Under the pieces are notes generated by a model. That model saw only the letters and a list, made by a program, of their open reading frames with translations, had not been told where the DNA came from and did no database searches. From an uncultured Planctomycetaceae bacterium (GTDB lineage: Bacteria; Planctomycetota; Planctomycetia; Pirellulales; UBA1268), in NCBI GenBank assembly GCA_963997395.1, contig CAXEMW010000002.1:1-35358 (forward strand): a stretch of 35,358 nucleotides of DNA, in the 5' to 3' direction. Made by a program: the position numbers and the translations under genes. Below, in pieces: positions 1-8,397 of this stretch. Within the stretch, counting starts at the first letter, position 1; each line of letters opens with the position of its first letter.

Positions 1-2
1 CT

Positions 3-401
3 GTCTTAACAGACCTTGCGCCTGTTGGTATTACAGTAAAGGCAGAAGATGAACCTGTCGCTGTCGCAGTTTCCTCAATCAAAGTTCTTCGTGATATCTT
101 TTACATTGGTGCTGTTGGTTTTGGTCGCCGGGGTGAAATACGTGATGAACCGATCCTTGAATTTCCACTTGAGTCAGATCAGTTCTTTGTGTTGGGAGAT
201 AACTCGGCTGCCAGTAAAGATGGGCGACTTTGGATTGATGTCCATTATGTTGAGCGGCGACTGCTTCTAGGCCGAGCAATATCGATTGTTTGGCCGCATA
301 TGGTGACGGCATCCCGACACGTGACGGTTACCCTCCCTATACTGGGCGAGTTGCGATTGCCCTCATGGCCAAACTTCGCGAGGATGAAGTTTATCCGATA
401 G
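3..401 (+). CDS. lepB: Signal peptidase I (S26), C-terminal part; the 5' end lies outside the window
   Basis: Frame 3 is open from the window edge to TAG at 399-401. The translation contains ...FFVLGDNSAASKDGRLW..., matching the conserved GDNxxxSxDSR box of type I signal peptidases. Confidence 0.7.
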   Translation, partial: VLTDLAPVGITVKAEDEPVAVAVSSIKVLRDIFYIGAVGFGRRGEIRDEPILEFPLESDQFFVLGDNSAASKDGRLWIDVHYVERRLLLGRAISIVWPHMVTASRHVTVTLPILGELRLPSWPNFARMKFIR

Positions 402-452
402 GTCAGGTAGCGTGCCTCCCAGATGGACACGAAGTGAAATCAAGGACAGATC

Positions 453-1205
453 ATGTCACTGTTAAAAGCTGAAGGACTTGTGAAGGTTTATGGACGTCGT
501 CGTGTAGTTGACGGTGTGTCATTTGAAGTTCAGCAGGGTGAAATCGTAGGTCTTCTTGGACCCAATGGTGCTGGGAAGACAACAAGTTTTCGTATGACGT
601 GTGGGCTCGTTATTCCAAATGGCGGCCGTGTGCTCTTGGATGATAAAGAGATTACAAAGTGGCCGATGTTTAAGCGGTCGCGAGATGGTGGTATGGGATA
701 CCTTGCTCAGGAGCAGAGTGTTTTTCGTAAGCTGACAGTCCAACAAAATCTTTTGGCAATTATGGAACTCATTGGCATGCCACCCAAAGAGCGCCGTCGC
801 CGCAGTGAAGAGTTGATGGAACAGTTTGATATCACACGGATTCGAAAGTCGAAAGCACATTATATTTCAGGTGGTGAAAAGCGACGGCTTGAAATTGCTC
901 GTTGTCTTGTCACTGAGCCCCGGATTATTCTGCTCGATGAGCCGTTTACTGGTATCGACCCAGTGACAATCCACTCGATTCAAAAAATCATCATGGGGTT
1001 ACGGGATGATGGCATTTCGATCCTGATTACGGATCACCGCGAGCGTGAGACGTTGGCGATCACAGATCGTAGCTATATCGTGCGGGCCGGAAAAATTCTC
1101 TGTCATGGCACGGCGGAAGAAGTATTAAATAACCCGGACGCCAAAAAGTACTACTTTGGTGAAACACCACCCGGGAATCCTCTGGATTCAACCGAAGCGG
1201 CATAG
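453..1205 (+). CDS. lptB: LPS export ABC transporter ATP-binding protein LptB
   Basis: 250 aa. Walker A GPNGAGKTT, ABC signature ISGGEKRRLEIARCL and Walker B ILLDEPFTGIDP are present. LptB-typical blocks are GMGYLAQEQSVFRKLTVQQNL, ILITDHRERETL and C-terminal ...NPDAKKYYFGE. Confidence 0.9.
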   Translation: MSLLKAEGLVKVYGRRRVVDGVSFEVQQGEIVGLLGPNGAGKTTSFRMTCGLVIPNGGRVLLDDKEITKWPMFKRSRDGGMGYLAQEQSVFRKLTVQQNLLAIMELIGMPPKERRRRSEELMEQFDITRIRKSKAHYISGGEKRRLEIARCLVTEPRIILLDEPFTGIDPVTIHSIQKIIMGLRDDGISILITDHRERETLAITDRSYIVRAGKILCHGTAEEVLNNPDAKKYYFGETPPGNPLDSTEAA

Positions 1206-1214
1206 CAAATCATT

Positions 1215-1245
1215 TGATTTGACTGCACAGCTGATTTGATTGCAC
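1215..1245 (+). repeat. Tandemly spaced 14-nt direct repeat TGATTTGA(C/T)TGCAC x2 in the lptB-DUF1559 intergenic region
   Basis: The copies are at 1215-1228 and 1232-1245, with one mismatch and 17-nt periodicity. Each contains a TTGAC/TTGAT -35-like hexamer. They lie in a 235-nt non-coding leader. Confidence 0.3.
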
Positions 1246-1440
1246 GGTGTTTCGCATGGAACTTGTCTTCTGACCACATGCAGACGCGTGCAGTGCGGTT
1301 TTCGTACCAAGAAGAAAACTTCCTATACCAAAACAACTTGTTTTGAAGAAAAACGCTTGATCTGTCGAGACAGTTTTTTCAAGATCATATTTCTTTCTTG
1401 CATATTTGTTTTTGGGGAACTTTGGAGGGAACGTGGAATT

Positions 1441-2526
1441 ATGAACACAAATTATCGCAGGGGTTTTACCCTGATCGAACTTCTTGTTGTCATTGCAATC
1501 ATCGGTGTCCTTGTAGGACTCCTTCTTCCTGCTGTTCAGCAGGCGCGTGAGGCGGCGCGCCGTGTGTCATGTTCCAACAATCTCAAGCAGCACGGTCTTG
1601 CGCTTCATAATTATTACGACGCGAATAAAAAATTTCCTATGTACATGTTTGATGGGAATCCAAAAACAGGAGAGCGGAGCGTCGACATTGGAAATGGCAC
1701 AGGCCATCGAGCACCAGCATGGAATATGTGGCTCGGTCATAGTTTATGGACCCAGTTATTGCCGTGGCTCGAGGAGACAACAACATACGATGCGATGGAT
1801 TTGAACAGATGGTCTACCGCAGGAGTCAATGGCTCGGCTGCAATTCGCCGAAAATTTATTACGGCATTTATCTGTCCATCAGATTTGCCGTACGGAGATC
1901 CTCGATTCGGTGGAATCAATTATGTGGCCAACGCAGGTTCAACGGTCAACATCTACCGTATGGGGGGTGGAGGGGGACCCAATGGGTTACAGACCGTTAC
2001 CCCCGGTATTTATGATGGGCCAATTATGAAGCACAATACAACGACGTTCGAAGAAATAACCGATGGAACATCAAACACGATTCTTTTGTCCGAGAGTCTC
2101 AAAGGTGATAACGATGATACGCTTCTGAATCTCGAACGAGATACGACGGCCCAGATATCTTTGGTGGGTAGTGCGAACTTTCCAACAGCCGCAAATCTTG
2201 AAACCATGGGTCAGGCAGCTGATGCCGGCGCATTGACGTGGCATCGAAGTAATGCGGGTCGAGATTGGCAGCGAGGTATACCAACAAAATCAGCATTTAA
2301 TACAGTCGCACCGCCTAACTGGAAACATGTGTCTTTTGCGACGGGTGGACGATACGGTGATTCAGCAGACCGGAATGGTGTGTACCCCGCTCGAAGCAAG
2401 CACCCTGGTGTGGTGAACACAGTGACCGCTGATGGTGCCACGCATACAGTGAGCAACACTATCGACCTCACAACGTGGCAGAATCTTGGTGCCCGTCAGG
2501 ATGGGAACGTAGCCAAGCTTCCTTAA
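1441..2526 (+). CDS. DUF1559 / H-X9-DG family protein with prepilin-type N-terminal cleavage/methylation domain
   Basis: I start it at ATG 1441, with GGAGGG at 1424-1429. The N-terminus [41 protein letters not shown] is the type IV pilin-like methylation motif typical of planctomycete DUF1559 proteins. The C-terminal [14 protein letters not shown] fits H-X9-DG. The ORF-track extension to 1240 has no signal-like sequence. Confidence 0.85.
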   Translation: MNTNYRRGFTLIELLVVIAIIGVLVGLLLPAVQQAREAARRVSCSNNLKQHGLALHNYYDANKKFPMYMFDGNPKTGERSVDIGNGTGHRAPAWNMWLGHSLWTQLLPWLEETTTYDAMDLNRWSTAGVNGSAAIRRKFITAFICPSDLPYGDPRFGGINYVANAGSTVNIYRMGGGGGPNGLQTVTPGIYDGPIMKHNTTTFEEITDGTSNTILLSESLKGDNDDTLLNLERDTTAQISLVGSANFPTAANLETMGQAADAGALTWHRSNAGRDWQRGIPTKSAFNTVAPPNWKHVSFATGGRYGDSADRNGVYPARSKHPGVVNTVTADGATHTVSNTIDLTTWQNLGARQDGNVAKLP

Positions 2527-2582
2527 AATTATTTTGTGGGGTGGTGGAACATAAGTCCCTGATGCAACTTTTGGAGAAATAG

Positions 2583-2888
2583 ATGCGCAAAGAAATGGCA
2601 TGCCTTGTACTCGGATTGAGCCTGTTCGTTGGATGTGGGGGTGGTGAAAAAGTGATTCGTGTCACCCCTCCTTCAATTACGAATCAACTTCGAGATGTTC
2701 TTGAGCAAATCGCCGATGCTGGAATGATTGACAGTTCGATCGAGTATGCCAAAGAACTTGTTGACAAGGTTGTGGCAGCTGATCCAGGTAAAGCAGGGTT
2801 GGAACAATCAGTAAATGAGCTTGAGCGTGCTCAAGGGAAAAAAGCAATCTCAAAAAAAGTTGAGGAGATGCTAAACATTCTTGAGTAG
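2583..2888 (+). CDS. Small hypothetical lipoprotein
   Basis: 101 aa. GGAGAAATAG lies directly upstream of the ATG. The N-terminus MRKEMACLVLGLSLFVGCGGGE has a lipobox-like FVGC. The rest is acidic and helical-looking with no recognisable family. It sits immediately downstream of the DUF1559 gene. Confidence 0.55.
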   Translation: MRKEMACLVLGLSLFVGCGGGEKVIRVTPPSITNQLRDVLEQIADAGMIDSSIEYAKELVDKVVAADPGKAGLEQSVNELERAQGKKAISKKVEEMLNILE

Positions 2889-2916
2889 CTGGGAACTCGT
2901 AGTGCAACGCGGAGCA

Positions 2917-4359
2917 TTACTCTGCCGATGGCGTACCCAGAAAATACCTATTTAGAAATTCACGTCGGTCGGTTTCGCAGCGTGTGTATTCAACCATGGC
3001 AAGTAGTTTCTGCTGGTCTCGCCGAAGTTTTTCAGCGAGGGATGGTTCATTTGTAAGAGACTCTGGAAGTCCTCCATAGTGTGAAATCTGTTTTTCTGTA
3101 CCGGCAATCTGCTTGCTGAATTCAATGGCCCCAAACCGCTCGAGCATGAGGAGGGCACTCTCAAGACGTCGGTCATGGCGTGCCTGTCGGCCAAGAATTT
3201 TTTCATTCAGCCACTCGATGCCAAACGCATTCACCTTTTCAAGATCATGTTCGAGTACATGATCGATCTGACGGTAGAAGTCAGCATTCGGATTTGCCCA
3301 ACGGATGAATTCCATGAGCATCGGAAGATCATTTTGGTCATAGAGGAGAGTACATTGTGACGGGAATCCATCCCGACCCGCTCGACCAATTTCCTGATAG
3401 TAGCTTTCGAGTGAGCCAGGAACTTCGGCATGTGTCACGGTGCGAATATTGGATTTATCGATCCCCATTCCAAACGCATTGGTGGCGAGAACGATTGGCT
3501 CTTTGCCACGAAGAAAGCGTTCTTGCATTCGCTTTCGGTCGACTGGTCGTAAGTTGCCGTGGTAACAGCCATGAGCAATACCTTCTTCTTCAAGGAGATG
3601 GCTAAACCGCTCAAGTGTTTTGATGAGTGTGAAGTAGACGATATGGCCGCCATCACCAGCCTGAAACTTTTTGAGGATGTGAAGAAGGTGCTGCAACTTA
3701 TCGTCTTCGCCCCAGACCTCTTCGACGAGAAGAACAAGATTAGGCCGTTGAATGCCTTCATGAAAAACCTGCACGTCAGCCTCTTCAAGGCCTAGTTGAT
3801 GGACAATGTCCTGCTGTACCTCATGTGTCGCTGTAGCTGTGAGTGCGAGTGTGGTGGGATAACCAAGAAATTCACGAATTTCACCAACACGCGTGTAGTC
3901 TGGTCGAAAATCATGCCCCCATTGGCTTACGCAGTGTGCCTCATCGATAGCAAGTAACGTCACCTTTCGGCCACCTAACACACGACGAAACTCAGATTTC
4001 TGGAAGCGTTCCGGTGTGATATAGAGCAAGCGATACGAACCATTTTCAATTTCATGATAGCGAGCTATCCGCGCTTCTTTGGTGAGAGAGGAGTTGATAA
4101 ACGTGGCATCGATGCCACGAGCATTGAGCGCATCGACCTGATCTTTCATCAGTGCGATGAGTGGACTGAGTACGACCGTCAGGCCGTCCTGTACGAGCGC
4201 TGGCACCTGATAACACAGGCTTTTTCCGCCACCTGTTGGCATAAGAACAAGACTGTGCTTTCCGGCGAGTGTCCGTTCAATAATCGCTTGCTGCGTACCA
4301 CGAAATGATTGATAGCCGAAGGTCTCTTGTAAAACGTCTTGGGCTGTTATTGGAGCCAT
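2917..4359 (-). CDS. recQ: RecQ-family ATP-dependent DNA helicase, short form
   Basis: FGYQSFRGTQQAII, Walker A MPTGGGKSLCYQVPAL and DEAH box IDEAHCVSQWGHDFRPDY are present, followed by LTATAT and the motif VI-like YYQEIGRAGRDG. ATG 4359 (MAPITAQDVL...) is preferred over the GTG at 4377. Confidence 0.85.
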   Translation of the reverse strand: MAPITAQDVLQETFGYQSFRGTQQAIIERTLAGKHSLVLMPTGGGKSLCYQVPALVQDGLTVVLSPLIALMKDQVDALNARGIDATFINSSLTKEARIARYHEIENGSYRLLYITPERFQKSEFRRVLGGRKVTLLAIDEAHCVSQWGHDFRPDYTRVGEIREFLGYPTTLALTATATHEVQQDIVHQLGLEEADVQVFHEGIQRPNLVLLVEEVWGEDDKLQHLLHILKKFQAGDGGHIVYFTLIKTLERFSHLLEEEGIAHGCYHGNLRPVDRKRMQERFLRGKEPIVLATNAFGMGIDKSNIRTVTHAEVPGSLESYYQEIGRAGRDGFPSQCTLLYDQNDLPMLMEFIRWANPNADFYRQIDHVLEHDLEKVNAFGIEWLNEKILGRQARHDRRLESALLMLERFGAIEFSKQIAGTEKQISHYGGLPESLTNEPSLAEKLRRDQQKLLAMVEYTRCETDRREFLNRYFLGTPSAE

Positions 4360-4384
4360 TGTTAGGAATTCTACCACTGGTATG

Positions 4385-4442
4385 TTTTATCTGTCTGCAT
4401 GCTATGGCAACCATGCCGTGCGGTGAAGGGTATCAGATAAAA
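4385..4442. promoter_or_regulatory. 9-bp perfect inverted repeat TTTTATCTG / CAGATAAAA flanking a smaller palindrome, in the divergent recQ / hypothetical-gene intergenic region
   Basis: TTTTATCTG is at 4385-4393 and CAGATAAAA at 4434-4442. Nested between them is GCATGctATGGcaaCCATGC. The region sits between two divergently transcribed genes, so it is a candidate operator or RNA structure. Confidence 0.25.
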
Positions 4443-4508
4443 TGTATGTGAAGATTAATTTTTGTAACCGTCATATAGGTGACAACAAGATACTGAAGGG
4501 AATGTCAG

Positions 4509-5537
4509 ATGTATAAACCCAGGTTACTTGTTGAGTTGTTTCTTTTTGTAGCCCTGTGGACTGTCGCAACGGTTGAAGCTGGTCAACGGTACGAACTTGC
4601 TAAGCGAGCAAGTGAGATCGATACGGCTGCACAGGAGCATCCAGAATTAGGCTTTGTTTTCTCAGACCCGAAGACTGGGAAGCCTACTGATATAGAGCAT
4701 GCCATTGTTGATACCCGCGTGCCCTCAAAGCGTCGGCTCGTTATCTGGTTGATGGCATATAGCCCAGAACTTTTTGACAGACTTGCAGGGTATGGTCTTC
4801 ATGGAATTCAAGTTCATTACGCGAATCGCTGGTTTGGAACGGTGCCTCCCGACGTTCGTGATGCGGGGGGTGTCCTTGGTCCAATCCGACTTGAGGCAGC
4901 AACTGGCGAGGACTACAGTCCTCTTGTCAATATTCCCAAGCCTGATGGAATGAAGGAGCGTGCACGGCAGTTTCTTCGGTGGCTCCAAAAAGAAAATCCG
5001 CAGGGAAGGTGGGGACAGTTTCTCACAAGCGATCAGCGTGATGTACGGTGGGAAAGGGTAATCATGGCGGGAAGTTCTCATGGCTCAACGACTGCAGCAC
5101 GATTTTCAATGCATCAGTCGGTAGATCGTGTTGTGATGTTTTGTGGGCCCCGCGATAACACAGAAACCTGGCAGGGCGGTCGCTCTGCCACACCGCCACA
5201 CCGTTTTTTCGGTTTTACTCATGTGCTTGATAAAGGATGGCAGGAAGATCATTACTGTCGATCCTGGCAACTACTCAAATTGAATCAGTGTGGTGATGTC
5301 GTCAATGTCGAAAAGTCATCTCCACCGTATGAAAATACTCGACGACTCATCACAGACTGTGACCTCAAAGGGAATGTGCGACAGGCTCATTCCGGCGTTG
5401 TTCCAAAACAGAGTGCTTTTAAAAATGAAGAGGGTGCGTTTCGTCACGAAGCAGTATGGAAGTATCTTTTTCTGCATCCCGTGGACAAAATTGGTGAAGC
5501 AGTTGGCCAGGATGCAGATTGTGAAATGACGCCCTAA
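4509..5537 (+). CDS. Hypothetical exported protein, possibly alpha/beta-hydrolase-like
   Basis: 342 aa with a signal-peptide-like N-terminus (LFLFVALWTVATVEA). The single G-x-S-x-G-like element IMAGSSHGSTTAA is the only catalytic-looking motif. I recognise no family. Confidence 0.6.
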   Translation: MYKPRLLVELFLFVALWTVATVEAGQRYELAKRASEIDTAAQEHPELGFVFSDPKTGKPTDIEHAIVDTRVPSKRRLVIWLMAYSPELFDRLAGYGLHGIQVHYANRWFGTVPPDVRDAGGVLGPIRLEAATGEDYSPLVNIPKPDGMKERARQFLRWLQKENPQGRWGQFLTSDQRDVRWERVIMAGSSHGSTTAARFSMHQSVDRVVMFCGPRDNTETWQGGRSATPPHRFFGFTHVLDKGWQEDHYCRSWQLLKLNQCGDVVNVEKSSPPYENTRRLITDCDLKGNVRQAHSGVVPKQSAFKNEEGAFRHEAVWKYLFLHPVDKIGEAVGQDADCEMTP

Positions 5538-5598
5538 CGTTTCACAGTGATCGATTCGCCGTTATTGCATGTGAGCGAATGCTGTTCAAGAAACATCA

Positions 5599-6438
5599 CT
5601 ATGCAACCCGTGTTTTAGATATGCTTTGGATATCATGGGTTATCTGTGCTGCAATTTCTGTATCACTTGTTTGTTCAGTTTCGTCACTGTTTGGCTCAGA
5701 TAGTCCTTCAAGCCACGTATGGTCGACGAGTTCAATTCGCCCATCAAGGTGTTCAACCAATGCTGTACAGTGTTCCATCCAATCACCACAATTGTAGTAG
5801 TCAATGCCATCAATTTTACGAATAATTGGAACGTGAATATGGCCGCATATGACACCACTGCAATTTTTCTTTTTTGTATAACGGGCGACGAAAAGTTCAA
5901 AGTCATTTATAAAGTTGACAGCGTGCTTTACTCTTGTTTTGAGTAAGGAACTCAGAGACCAATAGGGGTACCCAAGAGACCGCCTTGCAAGATTCATCCA
6001 TTTATTGAGGTGAAGTGCAGCTGTGTACGCACGATCGCCAAGGTGATAAACCCAGGCAGCATGTTTTGTGAGGTGGTCAAAAAAATCACCATGAATAACA
6101 AGGAGACGTCGACCATCGACCGTTTCATGAATAAACATGTCAGCTAATTCGACCCCTCCGAGTGTCTGTGGTGAAAAAGAGCGGAGGAATTCATCATGGT
6201 TTCCAGTAGTGTAAAAGACCTTGGTGCCACGCTTAAGCATGCCCAAGATTCTTCGTACGACAAAACTCGAGGAGTCACTCCAGAAAAAGGAACGCTTCAT
6301 TTACCAGCCGTCTACAATGTCACCAACAAGGTATAGCCGGTCAGGTTCAACTCGACCGAGAAAGGCAAAGAGTTCATCAACTCGGCTAAACCTACAACCA
6401 AGGTGGAGGTCAGAGAGAAACAAGGAACGAACTCGCAT
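5599..6438 (-). pseudogene. LpxH-like UDP-2,3-diacylglucosamine diphosphatase / calcineurin-like metallophosphoesterase, interrupted by an in-frame TAA (6301-6303) immediately followed by ATG
   Basis: The N-terminal piece (6304-6438) reads MRVRSLFLSDLHLG...LYLVGDIVDGW and carries the DxH and GD metal motifs. The C-terminal piece (5599-6300) reads MKRSFFWSD...VFYTTGNHDEF...GHIH...NCGDWMEHCTALVEH and carries GNHD/GHxH. The two pieces are in the same frame, with the junction reading ..GAC GGC TGG TAA ATG AAG CGT... Confidence 0.65.
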
Positions 6439-6576
6439 GAGACGCGGCTCCTTTATGCTTGCTGATTCTGGCTCTATCAAGAAGCCAATTCGCCCATACT
6501 CTACAAATCCTTGCGTAGAGAAGCAGCACAAAAACAGATGAGTTTTGTGTGAGGATTCGTGAGCACTATTTTGGAA

Positions 6577-6852
6577 TTAACCACCAAAGCCGAGTTTTGG
6601 TGGTTTCATGCTTCGAAGTGTCAAGACGGCACCCACTGACATGAGGGCAAGTCCAAGCCATCTAGGTGGAGAGACAACCTTTCGGCTTGCGGTACCCTGC
6701 CAGGCATTTGGAGTGATTGTTTCCTCAGGAGTGATCTGAGCTGCTACCACCTGGCTTGAAAAGTCACTTAACGTAAAAGATTCAACCATCCGAAGTTGGA
6801 TGCCAATAAAGAATACGATAAGACCGACGAGTAATATTGTGTGACGTCTCAC
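6577..6852 (-). CDS. Small hypothetical membrane protein with two predicted TM helices
   Basis: 91 aa with a GTG start. The hydrophobic segments are ILLVGLIVFFIGIQL and WLGLALMSVGAVLTL. There is no obvious RBS and no family recognised. It lies between the KS-like and LpxH-like genes on the same strand. Confidence 0.4.
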   Translation of the reverse strand: MRRHTILLVGLIVFFIGIQLRMVESFTLSDFSSQVVAAQITPEETITPNAWQGTASRKVVSPPRWLGLALMSVGAVLTLRSMKPPKLGFGG

Positions 6853-7041
6853 AGGAATTGTTCCACGAGTGGTGGGGAGTGGGGTCCTTGCATTAAGTGA
6901 GATCGACCCGACTTATTTCATGATTCAATTCAGACTGCAGATTGACGGTTATGACGGTTGATACGGATGCAACAAAAAGGATCAGGATGGCAGATCCGTC
7001 GGCGTCTGCTTAGAACTCGAACCAGCAGAAAAGGCAATGAA

Positions 7042-8310
7042 TCAGTCGGCAGTAATTGCCACCGCGGAAGCTTGCCCCATCGTGCTGAAATTGATGGCGA
7101 TCGCTGTATTTGGCCGCCCGGTCATCGGCTTTTCATGGATGACGTTGATGGGGCATGCTGGGTCAGGAGTCTCATAGTTACGTGTCGGAGGAATAGTTCT
7201 AGATTCAACTGCCAGTACACTGGCTGCTAATTCAAGAAGGCCACTGCCGGCACCTGCATGGCCGAAGTTCCCCTTTGGTGCCGTCACAGGCGTATCACCA
7301 ACGATAGCGGCAATAGCTTGCGCTTCAGCAGTATCCATAGGTCCGGTGCTAAGGCCATGCGCGTTAATGTGACCAAGTGTCTTGGTATCAAGCCCGGCTT
7401 GTTTGAGCACAGTCTGTAACGCCATTTCAACGCCGCGTCCCGTTGGAAGACTCTCTTGCTTTCTCGGTTCACAGCATGCAGCTGTTGCAAGAATTCGACT
7501 ACGAATATGTGCATCTCGCTTCTCAGCGTGCTCTCTTGATTCGAGAACAAGAACAGCAGCACCCTCTCCATTGACAAGCCCATCTCGATGAAGATCAAAG
7601 GGCCGGCATGCTGATTCAAAGTCCTCGCTCCGTTTCGAGAGCGACGCATTTCCTCGTGCTACCAGGGCTGTTGGATGCAATCGGCTTCCAGTACCACCGG
7701 CAAGCATGACGTCAGCCCAGCCGCGCTGTATGACAGTCGCTGCTTCAGATACAGCCAATAAACTTGAAACATCCCCTAGGACAATCGTGTTATTTGGACC
7801 GCGAGCATCGTGTGCAATAGCGATATGCGAAGCCGTCATATTCGGCAGGTGCTTGAGTAGCCAGAGTGGTTGTAATTCCTCTTGTATCGCTTCAGCCCAC
7901 TGGTCATAAGAAAATGTATCAGCCGCAGTTTTGGCACGGCGATAGGTCGTTTCAAGATCATCAAGATCTGCATAGATCATGTCATTCCCAAAGACGACTC
8001 CGAATCGCTCTGGATCAAGATGTTCACTTGCTACGCCAGCATCGGCCATGGCGAGGTCTGCTGCAGCAAAACCAAATTGGATATCCCGACTCATGACCTT
8101 CAAACTTTTGCGGGGCCGCACATAGAGTTTGGGGTCGAAACTAGGAACTTGACCACCAAAGCGAACGGTAAGACCATGTGCATCAAAAAGATCGATAGGT
8201 CGTATTCCGTTCTCACCTTCGAGGAGCGCATGCCAGAAAGCATCAGCGCCAATTCCTATGGGGCTGATGACTCCGACACCAGTAATGACAACATCCGATT
8301 TATTCTGCAT
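7042..8310 (-). CDS. Beta-ketoacyl-ACP synthase II (FabF/KS) family protein with a non-canonical active-site position (Asp instead of Cys)
   Basis: 422 aa. KS blocks present are VVITGVGVISPIG, RPFDLHRDGLVNGEGAAVLVLE, INAHGLST and GNFGHAGAGSG. The nucleophile block reads GPNNTIVLGDVSSLLAV where KS enzymes have ...ACxSS.... Confidence 0.85.
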   Translation of the reverse strand: MQNKSDVVITGVGVISPIGIGADAFWHALLEGENGIRPIDLFDAHGLTVRFGGQVPSFDPKLYVRPRKSLKVMSRDIQFGFAAADLAMADAGVASEHLDPERFGVVFGNDMIYADLDDLETTYRRAKTAADTFSYDQWAEAIQEELQPLWLLKHLPNMTASHIAIAHDARGPNNTIVLGDVSSLLAVSEAATVIQRGWADVMLAGGTGSRLHPTALVARGNASLSKRSEDFESACRPFDLHRDGLVNGEGAAVLVLESREHAEKRDAHIRSRILATAACCEPRKQESLPTGRGVEMALQTVLKQAGLDTKTLGHINAHGLSTGPMDTAEAQAIAAIVGDTPVTAPKGNFGHAGAGSGLLELAASVLAVESRTIPPTRNYETPDPACPINVIHEKPMTGRPNTAIAINFSTMGQASAVAITAD

Positions 8311-8397
8311 TGTTTGACTCGCATTAGGTTATCGGATGACGACAAAAAAGAACTCAAGTCGACCCTCGATTGCCTGCATAAGTCGTCGTGAATGGTG

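Noticed and set aside
1362-1379. CTGTC-GA-GACAG hairpin followed by TTTTTT downstream of lptB
   Set aside because: The 5-bp stem has a 2-nt loop, which is sterically poor, and it lies about 160 nt past the stop codon. I kept it only as a remark.
1240-1440. Long N-terminal extensions offered by the ORF track, also at 22187-22282, 34275-34379, 17470-17568 and 11834-11902
   Set aside because: Each extension lacks family-conserved sequence. Each precedes an internal ATG with an RBS and a proper signal peptide or family N-terminus. The one at 34275-34379 would overlap the upstream sulfatase gene.
6990-7009. GCAGA-(10 nt)-TCTGC inverted repeat downstream of the KS gene, a possible terminator
   Set aside because: The stem is only 5 bp, and the T-run on the relevant strand is about 12 nt away. 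This is not convincing.
7882-8391. 169-aa plus-strand ORF overlapping the KS gene
   Set aside because: It is entirely antisense to a gene with clear KS motifs. It has no motifs of its own and is a typical shadow ORF. The same reasoning applies to 15855-16304, 17606-18004, 30227-30655 and 34506-34889.
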